DNA of 64,000 nt from a virus (lineage: Duplodnaviria > Caudoviricetes): IMG/VR virus record IMGVR_UViG_2513237329_000013, positions 1 through 64,000 of that record; one strand, given 5' to 3'. The notes under the pieces were generated by a model that saw only the letters and a program-made list of their open reading frames with translations, was not told the origin of the DNA and searched no databases. A program made the translations under genes and the position numbers. Below are positions 30,445-41,700 of the stretch, piece by piece (position 1 is the first letter of the stretch; each line of letters starts with the position of its first letter).

Positions 30445-31239
30445 TTAATACTTCACCATCTGAATCATCGCGCCAGTATCGGTGTCGCGCATGACTTCGC
30501 ACTCAAATGTAGTGGTAGAAGGATCGCCCTCGGCAGCAAAACCAAGCTCCAAATTAGAAGTGAATTTCAGATTTGGAATAGTAACCTGGAAAGCCTCATC
30601 CTTACCGGTCTTCTGATTACGAAGTACGGTATCACCAACCAGCTTGTAAGTACCGCTGAAGTGTTCAGCGTCAATTACATAGGTCTCAGCAGTAGCTTCA
30701 CTATCGTAGTCGTAGTAAACCACGACACGCTGATCCTTAGCTGCTTCAATGGTAAGAGTCTTGTTCTCCTTATCGAGAGTTGCACCGGTCATATCGAACA
30801 GGGCATCTTCTTCACAATCGGAATCGAACGGATAAACCAAGATCTTGCTTACATCGGTATTCGGAGCAAACGCCAGAGCGATCTTACCTGTAGCATCAGC
30901 CTTCAAAGGATACATCTTACCCTTATTCTCGCCGTTTTCGTACTCGGTTGTCTGTCTCATGCGAATGGTCTGAACGCCGACCTTACGAGCGATGCCGGAC
31001 ACAAGCTCCATAGACTTCGGAGAAATCAAAGCATCCTCAATAGTCAAAGTTGCTTCCTTATTGATCTCCCATGTGATCAGCTTCGGATTGCCCTTACCGC
31101 CTCGTGCGTAAACCTTTTCTGAGGTTACGCTAATGCTGGAAGTCTTTAGACTATCAAACTGAATAACCGGCTTATCTGTCTCCATGTCATAAAGAACAAC
31201 GTCCATGACTTCCTTCGCGCCAAATTTTGCGTTAGACAT
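30445..31239 (-). CDS. Major tail tube protein
   Basis: FG.KEV.DV, ARGGKGNPKLI.W and EGDPS motifs; strongly biased codons. Confidence 0.8.
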   Translation of the reverse strand: MSNAKFGAKEVMDVVLYDMETDKPVIQFDSLKTSSISVTSEKVYARGGKGNPKLITWEINKEATLTIEDALISPKSMELVSGIARKVGVQTIRMRQTTEYENGENKGKMYPLKADATGKIALAFAPNTDVSKILVYPFDSDCEEDALFDMTGATLDKENKTLTIEAAKDQRVVVYYDYDSEATAETYVIDAEHFSGTYKLVGDTVLRNQKTGKDEAFQVTIPNLKFTSNLELGFAAEGDPSTTTFECEVMRDTDTGAMIQMVKY

Positions 31240-31291
31240 GTATGTACCTCCTTAAAAAAATAAACAGCCTGGAATAATCCAGACTGCCGTA

Positions 31292-32020
31292 TTACTCAGG
31301 ATCGTGTTTAATTTTTGTGATCCAGTGAGTCAAATTAACATTTTCTTTCTTAGCACCATGTAGTAGTGCCTGAACATTGACTTCATAATCGTCCATAATT
31401 TTTAGACGATTGAATTGATCGTTGAACTGGTAGATGTCATATTTCATTACATCCGCCATCGTCAAGCCAAATCCACTCGCTAAAATACTGACCAAATCAG
31501 CAAGTGTAATCGCAGACTCTTCATCGACCTCTTTCAAGCGCTTTCGCTTTAACCGTTCCTCTTTTCTGCGCTGTAATACGCGACGAGCAGCTTCGTTATC
31601 TGGATTTTCTTCCTCTTCTTCAATGTCTTGCAAGCCATTACGAAGTCTAATAACAGCTTGTACCTCATCAAAGTTTTCTTGTGTGATGTTGAATGCGCCG
31701 CAAGTAAAACATAGATTACGGGAAGAAAATTTCATTCTGCTATGCGTGATAATAGAGAGCCAAAACAAAATCGTGTCCATAAGCCCGTGGTCTCGCATTG
31801 CGTTTGCAACCAGATATTTGAAAACGCCAATATCAGAAATATCGTTTCCGGTCATTGCGCTGATATCGCTTTCGTTCAAACAGAGCAAACGAACCTCTGC
31901 GTTAAATCTCATATACCCAATCTTAGCGATTTCGCTGATTGGAATAGGGTAGATAGGTACTCCGCCAACAAAAATCGGGTCATCCGAACAGAGTTGCAAA
32001 TTCAAGTCTCTTTTATCCAC
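31292..32020 (-). CDS. Hypothetical head-tail region protein
   Basis: 242 aa ORF in morphogenesis operon. Confidence 0.65.
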   Translation of the reverse strand: MDKRDLNLQLCSDDPIFVGGVPIYPIPISEIAKIGYMRFNAEVRLLCLNESDISAMTGNDISDIGVFKYLVANAMRDHGLMDTILFWLSIITHSRMKFSSRNLCFTCGAFNITQENFDEVQAVIRLRNGLQDIEEEEENPDNEAARRVLQRRKEERLKRKRLKEVDEESAITLADLVSILASGFGLTMADVMKYDIYQFNDQFNRLKIMDDYEVNVQALLHGAKKENVNLTHWITKIKHDPE

Positions 32021-32026
32021 TTTGTA

Positions 32027-32491
32027 TCACTCCCGATTAAAGTCAACGGTGCGATAGGTAAGAGAACGCCCATGAAAATCGTCAGCAGGTGTAAAACGAT
32101 CCCATCCCATAAGCTCAACTCTGCCAAGACCGAATTCTCGACTGCCATTCATAAGCTTGTCTACTTCGCAAGACAGAAGATCCGTAACAAGCCCTTTCGG
32201 TGTACGCATTGCTCTTTCATGAGAAATAATCCAGAAGTAAATACGGAAATCAGAAAAAGCACGGTCGATAATACGCGGAGCAGCAACATCAAAACACAGA
32301 TATGTACCTACCTCTGTGGTCTTATCCACAATGTAGTCATATGGAAAAATGTATTTATAAGCCATGTCGGAAGCCTTCATATTTGGCTGATCCTCAGGCC
32401 GAATCAAATCAATGATTGCGTCGCACTTACAAATCCTCTCCATAACGACATCTCTATATCTCGGTATCTCAGATAAATACATCAATACCAC
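32027..32491 (-). CDS. Putative tail terminator or neck protein
   Basis: Size and position; IFPY motif. Confidence 0.55.
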   Translation of the reverse strand: MVLMYLSEIPRYRDVVMERICKCDAIIDLIRPEDQPNMKASDMAYKYIFPYDYIVDKTTEVGTYLCFDVAAPRIIDRAFSDFRIYFWIISHERAMRTPKGLVTDLLSCEVDKLMNGSREFGLGRVELMGWDRFTPADDFHGRSLTYRTVDFNRE

Positions 32492-33525
32492 CGTCCTATC
32501 GTTAGAATAATCGACGCACTTACACCATACTCATCATTGCTCGCTTCAAGAGTAATTTCCTGACCAATATAATCTCGATTATTTAGCGCACGAACAATAA
32601 TGTATCCGTCTCCAACTTCTTTAATCTCACCGTATTCATTACCGTCTGTCAGACTGGCATTGACCTCGAAAGAATCAATGGGAACACCATCCTTGAAACA
32701 GTGCAGATCGACACGAATATCCTCACCAAATGTAACCTTGTTACCGGACGAATCCGTAGTTAATGTGATAGAATATCCTTCTTTGGGATCTTCTGGCTTA
32801 GAATAAATCGACTTGCCATAATAATCGGCAATCATCAGTTCTTTGTTGTCAGTCTCTTTGTCGTACTGACTTTCAATAATCGTCCACTGCAGCAGTCCAT
32901 CATCAGCACCGCACGAATAACCTCCGGAGTCCACCTGTGCAAGACGATATGCGGTAGGCTCTTCTCGGTTTTTATCAATCAAGAACCGAAAACCACTATC
33001 GAGCATAATTGTCTCAGAATTATATGGGATATAAACAAGATGCTGCGAAGTACCAATAGTCATATGTGTTTTGGCAGTTTCACCAGAACCATACTGCGTA
33101 CTATTGATATCGTAGACAGGATACTCAACCGCTTTGCCTGTAAGTGGCGAAATAAAGTAGATAGAGTATTTGCACTGCCACGCAATCGCCTTTTCATACA
33201 TTTTGTTGTTATCGGGGAGGGAATAAACCATCCAATACTGACCACGAGCCTTAATATACTGACCTGCTCGAAGCGTCCCAATACGACAAATAAATTGACG
33301 CATAACACTATTGTTATAGGTATCGCTTGTCACACCCTGAATGATTGCTCGTGTCTTCACCGGCTCAACGCTGAGACTCTTTTCAAAAATCTCAATATCA
33401 TCAGCAAGCTCAGACTCTAAAATTTCCTCAAACCCATCTGCGGCATAATTCGCAAACTCATCGCCCTCAAAACCACTGTTATAAGTAGGCTGCTTCATCA
33501 AATACCACTCAATAGGCATATACAA
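32482..33525 (-). CDS. Putative head closure/neck protein
   Basis: 347 aa ORF after connector gene. Confidence 0.55.
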   Translation of the reverse strand: MYMPIEWYLMKQPTYNSGFEGDEFANYAADGFEEILESELADDIEIFEKSLSVEPVKTRAIIQGVTSDTYNNSVMRQFICRIGTLRAGQYIKARGQYWMVYSLPDNNKMYEKAIAWQCKYSIYFISPLTGKAVEYPVYDINSTQYGSGETAKTHMTIGTSQHLVYIPYNSETIMLDSGFRFLIDKNREEPTAYRLAQVDSGGYSCGADDGLLQWTIIESQYDKETDNKELMIADYYGKSIYSKPEDPKEGYSITLTTDSSGNKVTFGEDIRVDLHCFKDGVPIDSFEVNASLTDGNEYGEIKEVGDGYIIVRALNNRDYIGQEITLEASNDEYGVSASIILTIGRWY

Positions 33526-33533
33526 GCACCTCC

Positions 33534-33935
33534 TTAATCAAAACAGTGTTGTTTTAGCTTATGTAGTCGTTCTTTTACGCGCCCAATCTCAAATTCAAGT
33601 TCTTGCTTCGTTACTCTTTTCGTTCCGTCAGCACCAGTGATCTGGACATCCTTTGTATAAATTCCATTCAGCGCCATTACACGACTAAGCTCTCTTTGTA
33701 AATAGCTGACATACATCATGAGAGCAAGAACACGCACTGTTTGCCGATCCAATACAGAAGAGAAGCAATGATTCTCTTCGTCGTATTCAAGATCACAACT
33801 CAAATCGAGTTCATAATCTGCGACCGCAGATTTTAACCATTCCTGCTCTAACGCTGTCGGAATAATATACTTAGTTAAAGGCATGGAATGAAAGCTGGTC
33901 TCAATCTCTTCAAAAGTAGTTTTCTCCATACCCAA
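33534..33935 (-). CDS. Putative head-tail connector
   Basis: Small helical protein two genes after capsid. Confidence 0.55.
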   Translation of the reverse strand: MGMEKTTFEEIETSFHSMPLTKYIIPTALEQEWLKSAVADYELDLSCDLEYDEENHCFSSVLDRQTVRVLALMMYVSYLQRELSRVMALNGIYTKDVQITGADGTKRVTKQELEFEIGRVKERLHKLKQHCFD

Positions 33936-33945
33936 ACCTCCTTAA

Positions 33946-34419
33946 TTAAAGAGTGACTGACTCAGCAAGCTTGTTGATTGCATCCATCTTCCAGGCAGCG
34001 ACATCATCTCCGCCATTTTCCTTTGCAATCTGCGCAATCATTTTCTTTTCAGCATCATTAGTGACAAGAGCCTCAAGACGAGCGTTAAACTCATCTTTCT
34101 TTCTGATTGCAAGCAGCTCTCGCACAGAATCAGCATTCAAAACAAGAACATCGTCTGTGGTATCGGCATAGCCAAACAACGCCTTGCGCTGCGCATCATC
34201 TTGAATAAACAGACGAGCATGATCGCCAGGACGAGATGGATCGTTGCCAACAAACATTCTGTTCCCAGACTGAATCTGCATCTGTACCTCTGCAACATCC
34301 AGCATGGCAAATCCAGTTACCTTTGCTGGAATCCGAATATCTCCCACTCCATTTAGGCGGCGGAAGTATAGAGGCCAGCTACACAAATTATCAATTAAAA
34401 CCTTATCGGTTAGTTCCAT
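33946..34419 (-). CDS. Hypothetical protein after major capsid
   Basis: 157 aa ORF with RBS. Confidence 0.65.
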   Translation of the reverse strand: MELTDKVLIDNLCSWPLYFRRLNGVGDIRIPAKVTGFAMLDVAEVQMQIQSGNRMFVGNDPSRPGDHARLFIQDDAQRKALFGYADTTDDVLVLNADSVRELLAIRKKDEFNARLEALVTNDAEKKMIAQIAKENGGDDVAAWKMDAINKLAESVTL

Positions 34420-34494
34420 TTACTTTCGCTCCTTGTTATGAAATAGGAGGGAGGAATATCCCCCCCTCCTTTATATTATCTAACTAATTCCTAA

Positions 34495-35607
34495 TTAAAG
34501 AGAAGGAACCTCAAAGTTAGTGTCGGACAGAAGACCAATCTGATCCTCCATGCCCTCAGCAACACCAGCGCCGATCTCCATATCAAAACGAGTCAAGTGC
34601 TGACGGGTTACAATATCATCACCAGTCATAGTGGTCATGCCGCCACGACGGAAAATCTGCAACGGAGCAACCTTGCCCTGAGGAATGAAGAACAGCAAGC
34701 CCTGTGGCATATACAGCTCGTAAGAAGTCTTGTCGGCATTCATACGAGTGAAGTCCAGAGCGTTGGGCAGCTCAACAATGTGAGAACCATTGTAGAAGCT
34801 CAGCAGGCCGGTCTTGCGGATTTCCTCGGCAACAGCGTCAGCACCAAACGGAATGGTGTTCGCACCGAAAGTCTTATAACCAGCAAAATCGTTGAACTGA
34901 GATACAACAGAATAATCGCCGCAAATGTTCACACGACCATAGCGACGCATCTTCTTCAGCATTTCATCAACAGCAGTCTGCGTAACACCGCTGTTCTCAG
35001 CAAAGTGCTTCACGCCCTTGGCGTTCTTCAGTGCATCGTACAGCTTTGCAATGACATAGTAAACTGCCTTGTTCTGCATGTCGATCTGCACCTGAGAAAT
35101 GCCCTCGGCAATAGTGCCATCAAAGTTGCCGCTCTGTAGCTCACGATAATCTACAGCATAACCAGAAGAAATGGTCTGAGTGCCGATAGGATACTCGCGG
35201 AAGCTGTGAGTAGCAAAAGGCACATCACCGCTTGAAGCCTGGAAACGAGAATCAATGCTCTCGTACTTATAGGTCTTCATCATAGGAACAGTGTCATAAG
35301 GAACGCTCTTGTATGTACCCATGAAATTGAAGATCTTAATAGCCTCGATCAACTTAGGCTCAATAGCAAAACGCTGAATGGCATTCAGCTCAGAAACAGC
35401 CTGATGATCGCCGTCGATAGCACGACCAGCAAGATCCTTGATATGCTCAACTGACTTATCAACGACCTTGCCATCAAAAGAAGACAGGCTCTTGCCCTGC
35501 ACCAACGCAGAGAAAACCTCAACCACCGGAGATGTAGACTTTACCTTAGAAGCGCCAACTTCATCTTTAACATTGTTGACGGTGTTCAGTTCAAAAATGT
35601 TATCCAT
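34495..35607 (-). CDS. Major capsid protein
   Basis: 370 aa, strongly biased codons, follows protease/scaffold and decoration genes; hairpin downstream. Confidence 0.8.
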   Translation of the reverse strand: MDNIFELNTVNNVKDEVGASKVKSTSPVVEVFSALVQGKSLSSFDGKVVDKSVEHIKDLAGRAIDGDHQAVSELNAIQRFAIEPKLIEAIKIFNFMGTYKSVPYDTVPMMKTYKYESIDSRFQASSGDVPFATHSFREYPIGTQTISSGYAVDYRELQSGNFDGTIAEGISQVQIDMQNKAVYYVIAKLYDALKNAKGVKHFAENSGVTQTAVDEMLKKMRRYGRVNICGDYSVVSQFNDFAGYKTFGANTIPFGADAVAEEIRKTGLLSFYNGSHIVELPNALDFTRMNADKTSYELYMPQGLLFFIPQGKVAPLQIFRRGGMTTMTGDDIVTRQHLTRFDMEIGAGVAEGMEDQIGLLSDTNFEVPSL

Positions 35608-35631
35608 TTGTTTTTCCTCCTATACCTATTC

Positions 35632-36093
35632 TTACTGCGCAACAATCTCAGCAAGAATACCATCGTCCATATATGGAGTCTTGCAAATTACCTTGAAGCA
35701 AACAGCATAACCATCTGCACTTGCAGCCTTAACAATCTTACCATCAGTGCCAAACACCAACAGATCCTCAGCCGCCAAGCCAGTAGTGCCACCATTGATT
35801 TCAAAAGCAGCAAACTCAATTTCGAGACCATTTACGGTTCTCAGATCATCGGCACGAACATACTCGCCCTCGTTTACAACATAAGTCTCAGGGCTGTTGT
35901 GCAGCTCAGGCTTATCATTGATATTGGTAACGATGTATACGACCTTCTTTGCATCGTCCTCGGATGCAGGAAGAGTTGCTGTCTTTGCAACACGATCCAA
36001 AATAACGCCCATGCCGACCTTCATATCAGAAGCAGCCTTGCAATAAGGCACATTCTGTACATTCTTAAATGCACCAATAGTCTTGTACTTCAT
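35632..36093 (-). CDS. Head decoration/cement protein
   Basis: Beta-rich 153 aa gene between scaffold and capsid. Confidence 0.6.
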   Translation of the reverse strand: MKYKTIGAFKNVQNVPYCKAASDMKVGMGVILDRVAKTATLPASEDDAKKVVYIVTNINDKPELHNSPETYVVNEGEYVRADDLRTVNGLEIEFAAFEINGGTTGLAAEDLLVFGTDGKIVKAASADGYAVCFKVICKTPYMDDGILAEIVAQ

Positions 36094-36110
36094 TTCTATT
36101 ATCCTCCTTA

Positions 36111-37265
36111 TTAACCAAAGATATCTACGTCGCCTTTATCCTCAGGAGAAGAAACCCCTCCAAAGATATCCGGTGCGCCATTGTTCAATTCAGCGTTGTG
36201 AATTTCCTTGTTTTTGCGAACCATCTCAACGCAAATCTTGCTGGTAATACTGTTGATCTCAACAGTTGTAGGATCAGCCTTAAACGCATCAATTTCAGCC
36301 TGCGCAAGAGCCTGTTCCTCAGCGCTAAACTCTGACAGAGCAGAATTTAGCTCAGCGATTTTCTTCTCTTTCTCCAAAGTAGCATTTGTCTCTTTCAAAG
36401 AATTCAGTTCAGAAGTCTGTGCTTCCATAGCCTCATCCTTTGCGGCCAAATCCGCCTGTGCCGTCGCAAGCTTCTCATTCAGCTCAGCGATTTCCGCATC
36501 CTTTGCGGCCAACTGACCGTTCAACTCGGAAATCTGCCCCTCATACTGCTCGCCTTTATTATTAAGCTCAGTAATTGTCTGAGTAACAGAAGTCTTCACA
36601 AGCTCGACGAATTGTCCCATTACCTTTTCGTCCATAGGTGTTTCCTCCTTGCTGTTTTCCAATTTATTATTTAACTCAACAACGATTGCGGTATCATCTG
36701 CCGGTCTGATACCAAGAATGGCATATCCACTATAATCATAAATCTGAGGAATTCTGCCATGCTCTTTCCAACCGCCATCGTAAATAATACGATTATCATT
36801 TTCTGGGCGACCAACGATTTCAACCGATCCCTTTACGCTGCCATTCTTTAGCTTTTCAGCCAACCACGCAACGAACTTTGGATACCGCATTTCGTCAATA
36901 TATCCCTCACCGACAAGCACCTTTTTTGTTTCGCCGTCGATTTCAATATCTGTGATATAGCCTTTCTCGCAATGGCCTACCACAGTTGCATCCTCCATAT
37001 ATGGCATATTGTCCTTAATATCGGTCAAGCCATGCCCATACGGAAGACGTCGCTCTTCGCTTAGGAATTCAACACAGATGGACATATTCGTAACAGACTC
37101 GATGTTCTGTGCTGTGTATTCCTCATCCCAAGAAATTCCGTTCTCCTGCCATACATCATGAGATGGGAAAATCTCGTGTAATACAATTTTGATCTTTCTA
37201 CGACCAGTAATTTGCCGTTCATTAGAAAGCTCAAAAATACGACCCATAAAACGGTCTCCGTTCAT
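36111..37265 (-). CDS. Prohead protease/scaffold protein
   Basis: Start MNGDRF after GGAGGTG; globular N-terminus with GSVEI, acidic coiled-coil C-terminus. Confidence 0.7.
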   Translation of the reverse strand: MNGDRFMGRIFELSNERQITGRRKIKIVLHEIFPSHDVWQENGISWDEEYTAQNIESVTNMSICVEFLSEERRLPYGHGLTDIKDNMPYMEDATVVGHCEKGYITDIEIDGETKKVLVGEGYIDEMRYPKFVAWLAEKLKNGSVKGSVEIVGRPENDNRIIYDGGWKEHGRIPQIYDYSGYAILGIRPADDTAIVVELNNKLENSKEETPMDEKVMGQFVELVKTSVTQTITELNNKGEQYEGQISELNGQLAAKDAEIAELNEKLATAQADLAAKDEAMEAQTSELNSLKETNATLEKEKKIAELNSALSEFSAEEQALAQAEIDAFKADPTTVEINSITSKICVEMVRKNKEIHNAELNNGAPDIFGGVSSPEDKGDVDIFG

Positions 37266-37281
37266 TTTCCTCACCTCCGAA

Positions 37282-38901
37282 TTACGCCGATAGTTTTGGC
37301 GTATTATTTCCGCCGTTTGTCTTTTGCTGAACAGAAGATGGATTGTCACTATCCGTAGATGGTCTTCCGCCGTCATCACTCGACATCGTATAGGAAGTCT
37401 TATGCACCGGATATCTATTCTCAAAGTCTTCTTCCAGCTCGTGATCCATAAGAGCAATGTAATTATCGGGATTAAAGCCTGTCGCCGCAATCCAGGCATA
37501 TAGACTACCCTTACCGCGAGCATATAGCGACTCCATATATCCAACCATGTTGTTCTTATTCACCATAGTAATTGGAAGAATGTATAGCTCAACACGGCAA
37601 CTCGCATCACTGATGATGTTCTGATTGATACACTTATTCAGCTCATCAACAATGTCCTCAATCCATGAATACACATTGGCTGAAACAAGCTCCAAATTCA
37701 AATTTGCCGTAGAATAGTTACCTGTACTGCTTCCATCCAACGCACTTGCACTAATGCCAAGATCCTTGTTTACAGAATCAATAATGGAATTCTCGTTCTT
37801 CTCGTCCAGCAGAGAAACATCGAGAGAGATACTGTCCAACTTTGTGCCGGCCGCAAGAGAGAAGAAAGATGTGCCGCTCGAATTTCTGCTCTTGCTGGCA
37901 AGCGCATTCTTCACAAGATCGTGCTGCTGTTTCTGTTGCTTCTCACTTAGAGCAGATGTTCCTTTTTCCTTTCCCTCCGGAAAAGTCTCGTACACAATCT
38001 GATTGTTGACTGAATCCAGAACATTTCTTTTGGTGTCTACAAAATACTGCGCATAACTCACATCATCCAGAGCAGCAATCGCAAATGGGATGCCGAACGG
38101 ATCTGTAATTTCGCTCTTGATTTTGGTTACAATCGTTTTGTTGTTATTGAGACGCAACCACGGAGCATCAATCGTCTGGTTCTCATATGCGAGATATCCC
38201 TCTTGAATTTCTTTCGGGAATCCAGCAAGCTTTCTTTTCCTGACATCTTCACTTAGATTAGAAAAATACCGCAGATCAAAAGCTACCTGATAGCTATTGT
38301 TTCTGCGGCCAATAATTCTCACATAATCAATTGGAAGCGGAATAACCATTGCATTCATACCAATCGCGTTGATCTCTGTGATATTTTGAATTTCATAATC
38401 CGTTAAAGCAGTACGATAATCTGGCGTAGCATAATTTGTCTCAAAATAAGCTACATACATACCATCGTTTGCATTCTTAAAAATGGCATCACGGATTACT
38501 TGCTTGTATCGAATGGTGTGAAGAGTTGCCTCCATCTTTTGTTTGTTCATACGATAATTACGCGGTCTTTTACCGTCAGCTCGTTTTGATCTACTGACAA
38601 TAACGCCATCAAGCGTGTGCATCGTCCGCATATAGTCAATTCCGCTTGCAACAACGCCATTAGAATAATAAGCCCAATGCGCTAAATTTCTGATGGATTC
38701 AATATTCGCCATTGGATTTCTAATAAATGTTCTGATTTCCTGAATCGTATATGGCATACGACCAGAACTTTGTAGCATCCGAATATACGCAGTTTCTAAA
38801 TTCGTGTTGAACTCATATGTAGGATCTTGCGGCGCTGAATTTTCCTCGTATACTTCGTTGGTTTTCCAGAAAAACGGAAAGCGTCTTTTATTATTTGGCA
38901 A
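37282..38901 (-). CDS. Portal protein
   Basis: About 540 aa directly after terminase; GGRP near C-terminus; TTG start after AAGGAGGTG. Confidence 0.8.
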   Translation of the reverse strand: MPNNKRRFPFFWKTNEVYEENSAPQDPTYEFNTNLETAYIRMLQSSGRMPYTIQEIRTFIRNPMANIESIRNLAHWAYYSNGVVASGIDYMRTMHTLDGVIVSRSKRADGKRPRNYRMNKQKMEATLHTIRYKQVIRDAIFKNANDGMYVAYFETNYATPDYRTALTDYEIQNITEINAIGMNAMVIPLPIDYVRIIGRRNNSYQVAFDLRYFSNLSEDVRKRKLAGFPKEIQEGYLAYENQTIDAPWLRLNNNKTIVTKIKSEITDPFGIPFAIAALDDVSYAQYFVDTKRNVLDSVNNQIVYETFPEGKEKGTSALSEKQQKQQHDLVKNALASKSRNSSGTSFFSLAAGTKLDSISLDVSLLDEKNENSIIDSVNKDLGISASALDGSSTGNYSTANLNLELVSANVYSWIEDIVDELNKCINQNIISDASCRVELYILPITMVNKNNMVGYMESLYARGKGSLYAWIAATGFNPDNYIALMDHELEEDFENRYPVHKTSYTMSSDDGGRPSTDSDNPSSVQQKTNGGNNTPKLSA

Positions 38902-38915
38902 TCTTCTCACCTCCT

Positions 38916-40718
38916 TCAATTAAATAGTGGTACATACTCATACTCCGAACTATCCGACAACATATCGTGTTCAAGCATCTGAGCAAAATAATTACCGTAA
39001 GAGACCGAAGTATAGCGGTCTTTACGGTTGTTGTTGTTTACAATCTTAATAAGCCCTGTCTGTTCTCCACGCTCATATTCCAGATCAATCATCTCATTGA
39101 TAAGGGCAACCGTTTCAAGATATGGTCGCTCAAAGAAGAGCTGCGTGTCCACATCGGCAGTAGCATACTCAGGAATAAAGTTTGCAATTTCATCAACCGC
39201 CTCAGTATTACTAATTAACAGATCAATCATTCCGGAATTCAAAGCGTTTCTCATTGACTCAGCAATGTTGCTATTCGTTTCAAGCTGTGCTTTGATAATG
39301 TAAACATTTTCTTCTGCTCCAGCGATCTGAATACGATTAGCAACTTTCTCATCATTCATACATTTCCAAGGCTTATACTCCATATTGCGCTCTTCGTCAT
39401 ATAGAACCTTAGCAAGCATATCGTATACGGAAATACCTGCATTACGACCGTCCAAAACACAGTAATCCGCATTGAAATCAGTGTATAACTGCTTAATACG
39501 AATGGCCTGCTTGGTTGTTTCGCCGCCATGAACAGCCTCCATATAACTGACTTGCCGTCTATATCCACGCTTTACTTCGATATGTTCACCCTGAGTATCC
39601 ATAACTTTATACTCTTGGCTCTCCGGAAGTAAACGAATGCAAGAATAAATAGAGTTATCGGTGGCGTTACCGCCCTCCATAGCGATATCGCAAGACAAAA
39701 TACGAATTTCACCAACTTGCTTTGGAATATCATACTTGTTCTTCTGCTTCAAAAGCGCTTCGTCATTTCTTCTTGGATAGAAAGCTCTCTTCAATCTACG
39801 GTTACGATTAAGCTGTTCATAATTGAAGAAAGATTTTGCATTTTCCGCAATCATCTGGTTTTCATACTCAATCGCCCAGGAAATCGGATCGAGCTTCTTC
39901 CGTTCTTTGATCAAGAAGTTTCTCGTTTTGATATTGTGCTTCAGCGCAATGCTATAATCCATTGCAATTACGCACGAAGAACCATCTGTAAACATATCCT
40001 TAGTAAGAGTCTGGATGAGCTTCCACATCCAGTGGCTTTGATACCACGCAGAAGAAATATAAACTTCTTTTGGTTCTTCGACCATAGAAGAATACTCTGG
40101 AAGCTTCAGATAATCAGCCTGACGGATATATAGGAACGGCGAAAGAACACTATCAATGATATTCTTGACAATCATACGGAATTCTTCGTAGATCATTACG
40201 GTCGCACGATAACCACGAGCATTTTCATTTGCAGCAACAACAACAATGGAACTGCCATTCTTGAAAATCACTTCGATTTCATTTTGGTTATCTTTGAAAC
40301 TATCAATCTCAGCAGCCAATAACGGCGATTTTGGTATAAGCTCCTTTTTGATCTTCTCAGACACAATAAGACGAGCTTGCTTCTTGGTTGCAGACGCAAC
40401 AACAATTTTCGCCCCAGGTCGCAGAATAGCCTCTTTACATGCAAAGATAGCAATTAGAAATGATTTTGCCGCAGATCGCGCAGCGACAATACAAAAGCTC
40501 GGAACGAACTCCATCAAATACAAGATAATATGCTGATATAGATGAAGAACAATTCCAAAATAATGCTCTACAAATCTTGATGGGTTGCGACGATAGAATG
40601 TGATCCATTCCATAAGTCGCATAACATTCTCTGGCTTATGCAAATAATGCGTTGACGGAAAATGCTCATGTAGAGCAGCTTGCCGCTCATCCATTCTCTT
40701 GATATTATCCATACTCAA
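38916..40718 (-). CDS. Terminase large subunit
   Basis: AARSAAKS Walker A variant, ARGYRA..IYEE Walker B, LSCDIA and KDRY nuclease motifs. Confidence 0.92.
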   Translation of the reverse strand: MSMDNIKRMDERQAALHEHFPSTHYLHKPENVMRLMEWITFYRRNPSRFVEHYFGIVLHLYQHIILYLMEFVPSFCIVAARSAAKSFLIAIFACKEAILRPGAKIVVASATKKQARLIVSEKIKKELIPKSPLLAAEIDSFKDNQNEIEVIFKNGSSIVVVAANENARGYRATVMIYEEFRMIVKNIIDSVLSPFLYIRQADYLKLPEYSSMVEEPKEVYISSAWYQSHWMWKLIQTLTKDMFTDGSSCVIAMDYSIALKHNIKTRNFLIKERKKLDPISWAIEYENQMIAENAKSFFNYEQLNRNRRLKRAFYPRRNDEALLKQKNKYDIPKQVGEIRILSCDIAMEGGNATDNSIYSCIRLLPESQEYKVMDTQGEHIEVKRGYRRQVSYMEAVHGGETTKQAIRIKQLYTDFNADYCVLDGRNAGISVYDMLAKVLYDEERNMEYKPWKCMNDEKVANRIQIAGAEENVYIIKAQLETNSNIAESMRNALNSGMIDLLISNTEAVDEIANFIPEYATADVDTQLFFERPYLETVALINEMIDLEYERGEQTGLIKIVNNNNRKDRYTSVSYGNYFAQMLEHDMLSDSSEYEYVPLFN

Positions 40719-41677
40719 TCCTCCTTGGAGAGATTGAATTCTTTATCAAGCTCCTTTGAACCAGTAAGTAAGTTCTTTAATGGGCGGAAAATAAAACGAC
40801 TTGCATATCCACCAATACCGTCCGCATCTCTGTAAAGATCCTTGTCTTTGTAGTATTCAGCCGGCGTATATTTCTCAATATCGCTGATCCAAACACCGAG
40901 AGGATCTAACTTCACAGAGTCTTCTTTCTTCTGCTTGCGATCCTCCAACTCGGTAGTTGCAGCATTGATATACTCTTTATAAGTTTTAGCCAACGCACCA
41001 ATACCAGCATCGCCATTCTGAACGGACTTCTGAAGCTGCAATTTCAAATAACAGATACTCTTGTATAGCTCGTCTTGACGCTTATCCTCAGGTTCGCCAT
41101 ACTTGCTCACCCAATCATCGTATTCAAACTTCAAAACCTCATAGTCTTGCTCGCTAAAACCAAGACCAAATAGGCGAATGGTTTCAATAGGCACTTCAAT
41201 TTTAGGATTATCTTTTACTTGCTGCACAGAAGTTGCATTTTCAACCTTATTGGATCTTCGCAGCAAAATAGTATCTGCATATGACGCACCTTTCGTCTGC
41301 GCAAGATTCAGTTTTGAAAAATAAGCGCTGACACGGCTTTTGTTTGGCGGACTCTTTTTTGCATTTGTCCAAGCCGTTTCATCGAAACATGTGTTGATGG
41401 TAGCGCACAAAAAGTCCATCGCCTTATCCTGATCACCGTTAAAGACATCATCTGTGTAGTAATCAAATGACTTTTCTAAGCAGCGCTTACAGATAGGCAA
41501 ATAACCATTATTTCTTGCATAGTACGGAGATGGAGACACATTGAAATTATCTTTTTGCCTCATAAATCCCTTGCCACAAGAAGTACAATGAAACGGATAA
41601 CCGTCATCGTTCAAATATGCTTTCTCAGCAGATGCAGACTTTTTAGTACGGGTATTTCTTTTTACTTCTCCTACCAT
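40715..41677 (-). CDS. Zn-finger protein upstream of terminase (putative small subunit)
   Basis: CTSC...CKRC; overlaps terminase start. Confidence 0.6.
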   Translation of the reverse strand: MVGEVKRNTRTKKSASAEKAYLNDDGYPFHCTSCGKGFMRQKDNFNVSPSPYYARNNGYLPICKRCLEKSFDYYTDDVFNGDQDKAMDFLCATINTCFDETAWTNAKKSPPNKSRVSAYFSKLNLAQTKGASYADTILLRRSNKVENATSVQQVKDNPKIEVPIETIRLFGLGFSEQDYEVLKFEYDDWVSKYGEPEDKRQDELYKSICYLKLQLQKSVQNGDAGIGALAKTYKEYINAATTELEDRKQKKEDSVKLDPLGVWISDIEKYTPAEYYKDKDLYRDADGIGGYASRFIFRPLKNLLTGSKELDKEFNLSKED

Positions 41678-41700
41678 GTCTCAACCTCCTTTCCATAAAA

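Noticed and set aside
30244-31122. Long plus-strand ORFs opposite structural genes (also 16048-16839, 31742-32476, 34597-35139)
   Set aside because: Antisense shadows caused by codon bias of the real minus-strand genes
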